Positions 26,708-37,270 of a DNA stretch of 64,000 bases are shown in pieces. The DNA is from Octopus vulgaris (lineage: Eukaryota). The notes below the pieces were generated by a model. That model was not told the DNA's origin and did no database searches. It saw only the letters and a list, made by a program, of their open reading frames with translations. Each line of letters begins with the position of its first letter. Position 1 is the first letter of the stretch. The position numbers and the translations under genes were made by a program. The DNA lies in the NCBI GenBank assembly GCA_951406725.2, contig OX597827.1, forward strand, positions 15,128,001 through 15,192,000. Direction: 5' to 3'.

Positions 26708-27135
26708 CTACAGAAAGAAAGTAAACTATTTGATAAAGCGGGCTTTCAAGTTACCACAAATCTTTAAATATTGCTCTTTCACATCCACCTTCTCCCTCTC
26801 TCTCTCTCTCTTTGTCTCTCCTTCACTCATTCTCTCTCTCTCTCCCCGCCCCCCAAACCATTCACAGTTCCTGCTAACTAGCCTGTCTGCCTGTAAGCCT
26901 GTCAGTCAGCCTATACTGACTTTCAGGCAATTGCTTTACAAAAACTGGCATCAAAAGGTAGTCCGTCAGTCAGTCAGCCTACCACTTCCAGAGACACACA
27001 CATCCCAAATTTTAGCCCACCATCCAACCATCCATCAGGCCATCCATCTATTCCATTAATTAATCAGTTTTAATGACACTCAAGAATTTATTATTACTTT
27101 TCCTTATGTAACATCTTTGAAAAAAAAAAAACATA

Positions 27136-27435
27136 GGCGCAGGAGTGGCTGTGTGGTAAGTAGCTTGCTAACCAACCACATGGTTCCGGGTTCAGTCCCA
27201 CTGTGTGGCATCTTGTGCAAGTGTCTTCTGCTATAGCCCCGGGCCGACCAATGCCTTGTGAGTGGATTTGGTAGACGGAAACTGAAAGAAGCCTGTCGTA
27301 TATATGTATATATATATATATGTGTGTGTTTGTGTGTCTGTGTTTGTCCCCCTAGCATCGCTTGACAACCGATGCTGGTGTGTTTACGTCCCCGTCACTT
27401 AGCGGTTTGGCAAAAAAGAGACCGATAGAATAAGT
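27136..27435 (+). mobile_element. SINE family A, 3'-truncated
   Basis: Family A match. Confidence 0.9.
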
Positions 27436-27545
27436 AGCAAAAATTTAGCAAAACAACCAAAACATAATGCTAGACCACTGGTGTGAAATCGATGTTAATT
27501 AAATTGTTAATTAAATTGATATCTAATTTCTCACCCTCATTTTAA

Positions 27546-27573
<28 letters not shown>

Positions 27574-27579
<6 letters not shown>

Positions 27580-27770
27580 TTTATAGAAGGAGCTTCTACA
27601 GGACTAGAACTGTTTCATTCAAATGAAATCATCAGGAAGCTTCCTGATGATGTCATTTGAATGAAACAGTTCTAGTCCTGTAGAAGCTCCTTCTATAAAA
27701 TAAATTAATTTACTCTGCTATGTATTGAGTACCTTATTTACTGTGGTTAACCCCGACTCAACCCGGGACC
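27574..27770. mobile_element. Penelope-like inverted pLTR pair (66-bp arms, no spacer) in (TA)n
   Basis: Palindrome 27574-27705 with one mismatch; the right arm overhangs by ~65 bp; carries a hammerhead motif. Confidence 0.7.
27638..27688 (+). ncRNA. Minimal type-I hammerhead ribozyme motif (mirror copy on the minus strand at 27591-27641)
   Basis: agcttc-CTGATGA-tgtcatttgaat-GAAAC-ag-ttctagtc-ct-GTA-gaagct: 6-bp stem I, 4-bp stem III, canonical core. Confidence 0.75.
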
Positions 27771-27816
<46 letters not shown>

Positions 27817-27839
27817 TACATAAATATGTATATATATTT

Positions 27840-27985
27840 ATCACAACGGTCCGATAAATGGGAATATGAAACTCTGAGTAACAGTTCTGTGATAATTTTG
27901 CCACTTTAATAAAAAGTATATTACTCTGTCTTTGGTATTTGAGTACTATTCTTTCCACCTTGTTTTGCACTTATGTGCTCACCTG
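27840..27985 (+). mobile_element. Degenerate copy of the 36490 hammerhead element
   Basis: CCGATAA...GAAAC-tctga-GTA-acag; tggtatttgagtact...ttccaccttgttt matches the reverse complement of about 36500-36550. Confidence 0.65.
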
Positions 27986-28449
27986 TGAGTGTGTATGTGT
28001 GTGTGTGTATATATATATATATATAAATTTATTTATCTATATATATATCAGATAAGTTGAATGCTTAATTTTCACTTCGGTTACCATTTATTTATGTTTC
28101 TCTATCTGTCTAACTATTTATCAAATTTCTCTATCTATCTAATTTCTCTATCTATCTATCTATCTATCTTCATTCGTCTAAAATCAAACTTCGTATCTTC
28201 ACCCGCCCTGCCCACCCCACCACCAATACTGGATATCTCTATATTTTGCTCCATCTATACCGGATGTCGCTTCTCCCACCACCATTATAGGTGTCTACTC
28301 TTCGAACCCCCCTCTTCAATACGCTATTTCACCATGCATTACCCCTCTCTCGATATCCTACGTTCTACTTGCCTAGAACCTGTCATCATTTCTCTGAACC
28401 ACCCCTCCCCACTGGTGCTCCCCTATATTTCTGCACCACCCCCCCACAT

Positions 28450-28690
28450 AAAAAGCACCATCCGAACGTGGCCGTTGCCAGACCCCTCTGGCACCTGTGC
28501 AGGTGGCACGTAAAAAACACCCACTACACTCGCGGAGTGGTTGGCGTTAGGAAGGGCATCCAGCTGTAGAAACACTGCCAGACTAGATTGGAGCCTGGGG
28601 CAGTCCCGAGCTCCCCAGACCCCGGTCGAAACCGTCCAACCCGTGCTAGCGCGGAAAACGGACGTTAAACGATGATGATGATGATGATGA
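28450..28690 (+). mobile_element. RTE 3' UTR fragment (family D)
   Basis: Family D match with (GAT)n tail. Confidence 0.88.
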
Positions 28691-28699
28691 TATATACAT

Positions 28700-28912
28700 A
28701 CAAGTACGTGCTGAAAGTTCCTGGCTTTGGGTAAAAGAAAATACAGAATGATCACTTAATTATTTTATTCAACATATTCCCCTCTCAGATTCACACACTT
28801 ATTGCAGCAGTCCTTCAGTTTTTCTAAGCCCTGTAAAAGAACTCCAAAGGTTGGGCCTTCAACCATCCCTTTCGCAAAACCTTTAAAGTCAGAAACTTTT
28901 CAACACCTCTTC
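28700..28912. mobile_element. Mariner-type MITE, degraded
   Basis: gtgctgaaagttcctggcttt / aaagtcagaaactttttcaacac inverted termini. Confidence 0.6.
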
Positions 28913-29683
28913 ACACATGTGTGTATGTGTGTGTGAGTGTATATATATCCCTCTCTCTCTCTCTTTCGGAGAGGCACTGAGCAGCTATATGCACACATAC
29001 ACACACGGCAGTAACTTCCACCTACCGAATTCAATCACAAAGCTTTGGTCGACTCGGGGTTATAGTGGAAGACACCTGGCCAAAGTGCCACGCAGTGGGA
29101 CTGAACCCGAAACCATACACACACACACACACACACATATACTAGCTGAATGACCTGGCATTGTCCGGGTTACTGCTGTTCTTATTCAGATTAGTAAACA
29201 ATAAATATAAAGATACATCCTCATAATTATTTCACATCTTATTAAAAAATATTCAGATTGTAATGATAATAGAATTTCAAACTAAAAATCTGTCAATGTT
29301 GAGACACCTCAGGATAAATAATAATCATTGTGGAATTTTTTGTTGATGTCAAAAGGAATAAATTATTGCTGCTTCCAACTCACAAGCAAGCAACATAGAG
29401 TTGGCCATGAGAGAAGCATGTAGTAGGGAGATCAAGTACAACTACTTTGATGGATTGACCCTGAGATTTGTTAATTGAAGTACCAAAACTGAGTTTGACT
29501 AGAAACTGAAGCATCTTAAATTGAAATGGAACATCTGTAGGTATGAAAGGAATTTTTGGAATAAAGACATTTTCTCCTTTGTGGCTACCTGTTATGATTG
29601 TTGCCTGTAGGACATGGGGCTTCATAGAAGTAACAATTAAGCAAGTTCCATTACACAGGTGAGATGGGTCAAGATTTCTAAGC

Positions 29684-29940
29684 AACCTGGCCCCCGTGCT
29701 GGTGGCACGTAAAAAGTACCATCCGATCGTGGCCGTTTGCCAGCCTCGTCTGGCATGTAAAAAGCACCCACTACACTCACTGAGTGGTTGGCGTTAGGAA
29801 GGGCATCCAGCCGTAGAAACATTGCCAGATCAGACTGGGCCTGGTGCAGCCTTCTGGCTTCCCAGACCCCAGTTGAACCATACAACCCATGCTAGCATGG
29901 AAAGAGGACGCTAACGATGACGATGATGATGATGATGATG
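29684..29940 (+). mobile_element. Family D RTE 3' fragment nested in the Helitron
   Basis: Interrupts the helicase frame between GAPI and LRNL. Confidence 0.85.
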
Positions 29941-30162
29941 GGAGCACCCAGTTTTAGCGTCAGGTTATGCGGTGGCATCCCAGTGGGTTTCAGTGTATTC
30001 AGAAATTCAACAGGGTATTGAACAACTTGATCTGTTTTGACTGTTGTCAATTGATCGAAAAGTCATTTCAGATGTATCTGTTAACTTTTGAAGAAGTTCA
30101 AAATTGAGTTTCTCAACCATTTCATTAGTTGGAGCTAGCATAGCTGTGGCTGTGTGGTAAGT

Positions 30163-30572
30163 AGGAGTGGCTGTGTGGTAAGTAGCTTGTTTACCAACCA
30201 CATGGTTCCGGGTTCAGTCCCACTGCATGGCAACTTGGGCAAGTGTCTTCTACTATAGCCTCGGGCCGACCAAAGCCTTGTGAGTGGATTTGGTAGACGG
30301 AAACTGAAAGAAGCCTGTCGTATATATGTATATATATATATATATGTGTGTGTGTGATTGTGTGTCTGTGTTTGTCTCCCTAGCATTGCTTGACAACCGA
30401 TGCTGGTGTGTTTATGTCCCCGTTACTTAGCGGTTCGGCAAAAGAGACCAATAGAATAAGTACTGGTCTTACAAAAAGAATAAGTCCCGGGGTCGAGTTG
30501 CTCGATTAAAGGCGGTGCTCCAGCATGGCCGCAGTCAAATGACTGAAACATGTAAAAGAGTAAAAGAGAAAA
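30163..30572 (+). mobile_element. SINE family A nested in the Helitron
   Basis: Full match; atagctgt occurs on both flanks. Confidence 0.9.
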
Positions 30573-31044
30573 GAGTATAGCTGTTCCACAGAGCCAATTT
30601 ACATCAGTGTAATTGACAAATAAATTAGGAAATACTTTGTACATAAGATCACCAAGAGAAAGTATCATTTGACTGCATGGAATTTCATGTAGCTGAATTC
30701 TTGAGTTGAATGTTAATATCCCATTACCAATCTTAAGAAGCGAGTATGATAACCTTGTTGAAGTACTCTGATGTTGCTTGTAAGATGAAGTTTTTTTCAT
30801 GACTCCAAAGGTACGATTTTTTGAAGCATGCCTTGACCTCGTCAGCTTTTGATCCTTTGGGTATAACTGGCAATGTTTGATGAAAATCTCCTGCAAGAAG
30901 AACTGTTACTCCTCCCATGAGTGTGCTATTGTTTTTGATGTCTTGCGGGGTACGGTCAAGTACCTCTGGGGCTCCACGATGTGACATAGTGCACTCATCT
31001 CAAACAATGAGGCAAGTTTGTTGGAGAACTGTTGCCACTGCAGT

Positions 31045-31278
31045 CATCATCATCATCGTCGTCGTTTAACATCCGCTTTCCATGCTAGCATGGGTTGGAC
31101 GGTTTGACTGTGGGCTGGCGAGCCAGATGGCTGCACCAGGCTCCAGTCTTGATCTGGCAGAGTTTCTACAGCTGGATGCCCTTTCCTAACACCAACTACT
31201 CCGAGAGTGTAGTGGGTGCTTTTACGTGCCACCGGCATGGAGGCCAGTCAGGTGGTACTAGCAACAACCTCGCTCGAA
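31045..31278 (-). mobile_element. Family D RTE 3' fragment nested in the Helitron
   Basis: Reverse-complement family D match. Confidence 0.85.
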
Positions 31279-31725
31279 TTTTTTTTTTTTGTTTTTGGAA
31301 ATGTTGCATATTTGAGATTCTTTCATTGCAAGGTTTAGAGGGAGCTTGAACATGGAATGAGTAGTTCTTCCCCCATTGAGTGGGGTAGCTGCAATACCAG
31401 AAGATGCAACACTGGAAGAAGGTTAGATTTTATTTCTTCCCATTTAAGGTTGCAGGTGAAAGTGACAAAAAGATCTGGTTTTCTATGTGTCCTAACATAT
31501 GTCATCACATCTTGTGTTCATTTGTGCAAATATCAAGGGCCACCTGTCAATGATAATGGGGGGATTCTAACTTGCCCCATGTTTTGAATATCACCATCAG
31601 TCCTCACAGCGTCTTGAAGATAAACATAATTTGTAGCTCTTAACTTTTTTTGATTGTTACAAACGTAGAGGAGATGCCAACTCTCAACACTTTAGCATAC
31701 ATATCAACCAAGTATTGCTGAAATA

Positions 31726-33009
31726 TCAGGTTGAGTAAAAGGGAAGCAACGTTTTGAACCATGAAGAATTTGTACTAGATTTTTGCAGAGTTTTGAATTT
31801 TTTTGAAGCATTTTTTTTTTTTTTTGCAATTGTCTGATAATACAGACATAAACTTGCCCAAATGCTTCAATAAATTTACATTGATATTTTTTTCACCATT
31901 ATTGCAATCATCTGAAATGGAACTGTCAAAGTATGATATTCGAGCAATTTTGCAATTCAACTTCAAAAAAGGACGTAAAGCAGCTGAAACTGCTCACGAT
32001 ATCAACGAAATGTTTGGTGAAGAAATGACTAGTGAGTGGTCAACTCGAAAATGGTTTGAATGATTTCACAGTGGAGACCTGAGCCTTGAAGATTGTGAGC
32101 GTAGTGGACGCCCATCTGTCATTGATGACAGTCAATTAAAGATTGTCATTGAGAAAGAGCCATGTAAAACTACTTGCGAACTGGCAAAAGAACTTCAAGT
32201 TAGCCAGAAAACCACCTGCAACCATTTGCATGCGATTGGAAAATCAAAAAAGCTCGACAAATGGGTACCACACGATTTGAATGAAAATCAGAAAATGAAC
32301 AGATAGGAAACTTGCTTGTTGCTTCCTCTCCGTAACCAGACTGACCCATTTTTTGACTGTATTGTAACTTGCGATGAAAAGTGGATTCTGTACAATAATA
32401 AAAAAACATTCTTTGCAGTGGTTGGACCAAAATGAAGCACCAAAAACCTTCCATAAATCCAAGTTCTTCAAATAGAAGGTTATGATGACTGTTTGGTGGA
32501 GTACTGCTGGATTCATCCACTATAACTTCTTAAAACCTGGAAAAACCATTACTGCAGAAATATATTGCCATGAAATTACCAAAATTAATGAAAAACTGCT
32601 ATTCCTCCACCCCAGACTGGTCAACAGAATGGGGCCAATCATTCTTCATGACAATACCCAACCACACTTTTCGCTAATGATGCTCCAAAAGTTGAGAGAA
32701 CTTGGCTATGAAGTTCTTCCCCACCCAGCTTATTTCCCAGACCTTTTTCCTACCGACTACCAAGTATCTTGATGGTTTTCCTGCAAGGAAAGGAGTTCAA
32801 AGATCAAACCAATACTGAAAGTGCGCTCAAAGAGTTCATCAGCTCCAGAACTCCAGATTTTTATGTTACCAGAATAAACAAACTTGTGACTCATTGGCAA
32901 AAATGTGTTGATTGTAATGGTACTTTGATGAATAAAATTCCTGTATTGTTGAAATATATTGTGATGAATTTCATGTTTCAAAACATTGGTTACTTTTCAC
33001 TCAGCCTGA
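31726..33009 (+). mobile_element. Full-length decayed mariner transposon; transposase pseudogene about 31917-32935
   Basis: TA|tcaggttgagt...actcagcctga|TA; KWVPHDL, VTCDEKWILYNN, LHDN, HPAYFPDLFPTDY; contains stops and frameshifts. Confidence 0.93.
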
Positions 33010-33732
33010 TAGATCATAATTCATGTGTAATTGATTTGATTGTTCTGGTCTTAATATCAGTTGGTGAGAATAGAAGTCATTTGACGACACCTTTTTGTTG
33101 GTAATTGGCTCTCCTGTTGCAGGTTCAATCTGTAGAATATTGAAATGATATCCATCTTGTCCATTCCACAGAATAAGAGGAGACTGGAGAGCATCATAAG
33201 AGAGATGAGTCTCTGAAACATGTTTAGGGTTGTTATCTCGAGCACAAATGAGAATATTACGATTTTCATGGGGATCACATACCATAAGACTACTTCATTA
33301 GATGTGAGCTCATTAAAACGGCATAAAATATCATTTACCCTAGTTTACTATAGGTGTAACGAATGTGGAAACACACACACGTTCACAGATACTATAGAGA
33401 TTCCCATAATTTTCGATAGAGGAAAAAAAGTTTAACAACACAAAGAAAATGGAGAAAATTAGCCGACCAAAATTTTATAGCATTGGAAACAAAAGGTGTG
33501 AACTTTGTGTCGCGCATCGTGTGTCTGTTTTTGTCCTCCCATCACTACTTGACGACAAGTGTTTGTGTGTTTATGTACCTGTAACTTAGCAGTGTGGTAA
33601 AAAGAGACCAATAGAGTAAGGACCTGGCTTGTAAAAAAAAGGGTACTAAGTCCTGGGTTGACTTGTTCAGCTAAAAGGTGATGCTCCAGCATAGCTGCAG
33701 TCACATGACTGAAACAAGTAAAAGAATAAAAG

Positions 33733-33780
<48 letters not shown>

Positions 33781-33783
<3 letters not shown>

Positions 33784-34633
33784 GGTGTGATAAATAAACT
33801 ATTGTCTAAATTACGCAAAAATGGAAATAACACTGATATCTCATTTTAACAGATATTTTTATCAAAATTACATAAAAACATTTTGAAATACTAAAAGAGT
33901 AAGTTTATTCAATGAAATCGCCATTGTCTTCAACCATGGTCTCCAGACGACTTCGGAATCTCCTGCAACTCTTCTGGGCGGTCTTGTTTAAGTTGGTGAA
34001 CGCTACCATAATCCTTGCTTTCAGTTCATCTTTGGTGTTACAAGGAGTTTTGTTGGTCTCTCGCTCAATTGAGCCTCACACATAATAATCAAGGGGGGTT
34101 GCAGTCTGGGGAGTTAGGTGGCCAGATGTTAGGGGTGATGTGGTCGGAGAAATTGTCTGACAACCATGACTAGGTTCTCCTGCTTGTATGGCATGCATGT
34201 TGCTGGATGTTGGATCTTCCAGCAGCCATCCTCTTAACCCAGGGCAGCATTACCTTCTCCAGGCATTTGATGTGAGCCTCCATGTTGACTTTGAGGCCAT
34301 GTGAGAAGATGAATTGAGGCATAAGGTGACCATCACTAGTGATCACTCCAAACACCATAATGTTGATTTTTATCACTCTGAGTACATGTCCTCAGACTTG
34401 ACACCCAAACTCTCTAAAAATGTTTGTATTGGAGCTTCCGGCGCAAATGCCAAGCAGTACGGCATGTCATTTCCAAATTTCTGGCAGAGTGAATTGCGTG
34501 CTGGTGCTGTTTTTCTCACAGATGGTGCCCAACCGACCCTACTATACTGTGTAGTTGACAAAATCAAAAATAAACAATGTACATACACAAAATTAAAAAT
34601 ATAAAATGGCAACAATTTACTCATCGCACCTTG
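33781..34633 (-). mobile_element. DD37D (maT) non-autonomous derivative with both TIRs, 853 bp
   Basis: TA|cagggtgtgataaataaa ... tttactcatcgcaccttg|TA; WPPNSPDCNP motif on the minus strand. Confidence 0.88.
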
Positions 34634-34639
34634 TATATA

Positions 34640-35900
34640 TTCTTTTATTCTTTTACTTGTTTCAATCATATGACTGTGGCAATGCTATACCATTGCCTTT
34701 AGTCAAACAAATCAACCACAGGACTTATTCTTTGTAAGCCTATTACTTGTTCCATCAGTTTCTTTTACCAAACCACTAAGCTACGGGGACGTAAACAAAC
34801 CAACATCTGTTGTCAAGTGATGATGAGGGAACAAACAAAGACACACAAATACATATATGTTTATATATATGCATATGTTTTATTTCATTTATTAATATAT
34901 TATATGACTAAACGCACGCACCCTCTTAAGTAAGATTGTTCTGTATATCAAGTTTTTGTCTTGATATTAACTCTCACGCGCACTCTTCACCTTTCTGTCC
35001 CATCCCTATTCTTTGATTTTCTTTTTCCCCCCACTTAACTTGACTCTTCCTCTCTCTCTCATTCTTCACTCTCTCTCTCCCCCTCACCATTCTTCATGGT
35101 CTCCTTGCAGCCATTCCCCTTCTTCTCTCCCTTCCTCTTGCTCCTCCTCCCCCCTTCCCGTCGTCCACCCGCGACGATACTTCCACCCTGACTGTCTTTT
35201 TGGCCTGGCCTTCAAGGTAACTGGACGACATTCTTCCTGCTCTCCTGTCGTTCACAAAAAATTCTGCGTTTGCAATACTTTTTTCGTTCGGCGTCAACAG
35301 CCCTTCTTATCTTGTTTTTCCCTGTCCTGTCTTTTACTGTTATATTTTTTTACTGTTTATATTTTTTTACTGTTTATTTTTTTACTGTTTATATTTTTGT
35401 ACTGTCTTTACTGTCCTGTTTTTTTACCATTTTTTATCCCTCTGCGAAAAGATCTCAGAATTTTAATTGATTTGCTTTTCGCAGGAAGGAAAGTTTCTTG
35501 TCGAAGATACGTCTCGCTTTTATCCTTCGAAACGTAGAGTAGATGAAACCTTAGCGACTGAAGAAGGGGTTTTTTCGTTGTGTTAATTGTCCTGTACTCC
35601 ATTTTTTGTTGTTTTTAAAAAAATGTCCAGTTCCTTTGGTTTGTGTCTATGTTTTCATTTCTCTTTGTGTTCGACGTCCCTTTGGTGTCCTGTACTCATA
35701 TATGCGTGTATATGTACATGTAGAGGTAGGTACGTACATATATGTTTATATATATGCATATGTTTTATTTCATTTATTAATATATATATATATATATGTG
35801 TGTATATATATGTATGTATGTATGTATGTATATCTGTATATATATATATATGTATGTATGTATGTATATCTGTATATATATATATATGTATGTATGTATG

Positions 35901-35959
<59 letters not shown>

Positions 35960-36004
35960 ATCTATATATATATATATATGTATGTATGTATGTATGTATA
36001 TCTG

Positions 36005-36040
<36 letters not shown>

Positions 36041-36220
36041 TGTATGTATGTATGTATGTATACACACACACACAATGGCCTTCTTTCAGTTTCTGTCTAC
36101 CAAATCAACTCACAAGTGTTTAGGCAGCCTGAGGCTACAATTGCCGAAGGTGCCACACAGTGGGACTGAACCCAGAATCATGTGGTTGGGAAGCAAGCTT
36201 CTTACCACACAGCCACTCCT
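34640..36220 (-). mobile_element. SINE family A split at its internal TA microsatellite by the 34850-35785 element
   Basis: The 3' half (34640-34850) and 5' half (36075-36220) are collinear. Confidence 0.8.
34850..35785 (+). mobile_element. Non-coding element with 51-bp perfect terminal direct repeats (period 885 bp), retrozyme/PLE-like
   Basis: 34850-34900 is identical to 35735-35785; internal GAAAC-GTA (35529) with nearby TCGAAGA and CTGAAGA. Confidence 0.6.
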
Positions 36221-36227
36221 TTACCAA

Positions 36228-36455
36228 AAGTGATGGCTAAAAGTTTGGAACATGGGTCTGAAAATTAGGATTTTTATATCAAATACTCAAAGTTATATTT
36301 AATGTGCAATATATTATTACTTGATCAAAATTTTGGAACATAAGCCTGGAAATTAGAATTTTTATTTTATTAATTATTATATAAAATATTTGACTCAAAT
36401 GTACTTGGGCATAAAAATTTTCATTGTCAAAACAGTGTTCCAAACTTTTGGGCGT

Positions 36456-36459
<4 letters not shown>
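36228..36459. mobile_element. Tc1-like MITE
   Basis: aaaagtttggaaca / tgttccaaactttt inverted termini, TA at the right end. Confidence 0.6.
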
Positions 36460-36489
<30 letters not shown>

Positions 36490-36494
<5 letters not shown>

Positions 36495-36728
36495 GGAGTA
36501 AACACATAAATGTGAAACAAGGTGGAAAAAAAGAGTACTCAAATACCAGTGGTAGAGTAATATGCTTTATTTAAAGCAGCAGAAAATTCAACAAAACCTG
36601 TTACTCTGAGTTTCCCGTTGCCATTCATCGGACAGTTTTTTCTAGCAAAAACTGTCCGATGAACGGCAACAGGAAACTCAGAGTAACAGGTTTTGTTGAA
36701 TTTTCTGCTGCTTTAAATAAAGCATATT
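36490..36728. mobile_element. Penelope-like inverted pLTR pair (85-bp arms) in (TA)n
   Basis: Palindrome 36559-36728 centred on ctag with three mismatches; left overhang ~70 bp. Confidence 0.7.
36652..36689 (+). ncRNA. Minimal hammerhead motif with U4C core (mirror copy on the minus strand)
   Basis: ctgt-CCGATGA-acggcaac(a/g)g-GAAAC-tcaga-GTA-acag; stem III ACTC-A-GAGT is self-complementary. Confidence 0.65.
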
Positions 36729-36739
36729 TATATATATAT

Positions 36740-37050
36740 ACTACTAATATAGGATGAAGTTTTTTTCTCTACAGAAAAAAATTCCATCAAGAAATGTGGC
36801 AGCATATTAAAATACCTTTACGGTTAAAATTATAAACAACTTATAAGTAAGGGCTAAAGAAAATTATTTCAAAGCCAATATGCTGATAACAGACTATTAA
36901 ATCGTCAATTTCCACATATAATCTACTCGCTACAAAAAAGTTCTTCGATTTTTTGTAGCGAGTAGATTATATGTGGAAATTGACGATTTAATAGTCTGTT
37001 ATCAGCATATTAACTTTGAAATGATTTTCTTTAGCCCTTACTAATAAGTT
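36740..37050. mobile_element. Inverted-repeat element (102-bp arms, 9-nt loop) in (TA)n
   Basis: Arms 36838-36939 and 36949-37050; left overhang ~100 bp. Confidence 0.7.
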
Positions 37051-37064
37051 ATATATATATATAT

Positions 37065-37270
37065 AAAGTTAATCCAAATATGGAAACACAAAGAGAAAAC
37101 ACAACAATGCGAGGACATGGAACAAATATAATATTATTGGACGCTCAGGAAGGAAGGAAAGGAGGAGGGTTTAACGTTTCGAGCGGAGCTCTTCGTCAGA
37201 AACACAGGAGAAGGAAAGATCCAAAGAAGGGAAGACAGAGGAAAAAAATCGCCAACGGTACACACGCGGA
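37065..37270 (-). mobile_element. ~210-bp TA-embedded element with a minimal hammerhead at 37169-37203
   Basis: Minus strand: gttt-CTGACGA-a-gagc-tcc-gctc-GAAAC-GTT-aaac; further copies at 38750-38960 and 53770-53995. Confidence 0.7.

Larger units (their letters stand above)
29142..33300 (-). mobile_element. Decayed Helitron (Rep and PIF1 helicase), internally deleted, with nested insertions
   Basis: VSETHLSYDALQSPL, KPDLFVTFTCN, MGGVTVLLAGDFHQTLPV, LAPTN, LRNLDPSHLCNGT, INKSQGQS, FSHGQLYVA; 3' end cccggacaatgccaggt hairpin plus CTAG|T at 29142. The 5' boundary is uncertain. Confidence 0.92.

Noticed and set aside
29380-30987. Host PIF1 helicase gene
   Set aside because: It is linked to Helitron Rep motifs and a hairpin-CTAG end, and is disrupted
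31917-32935. Domesticated SETMAR-like gene
   Set aside because: TIRs and TA TSD are present, there are several stops and frameshifts, and no SET domain is visible
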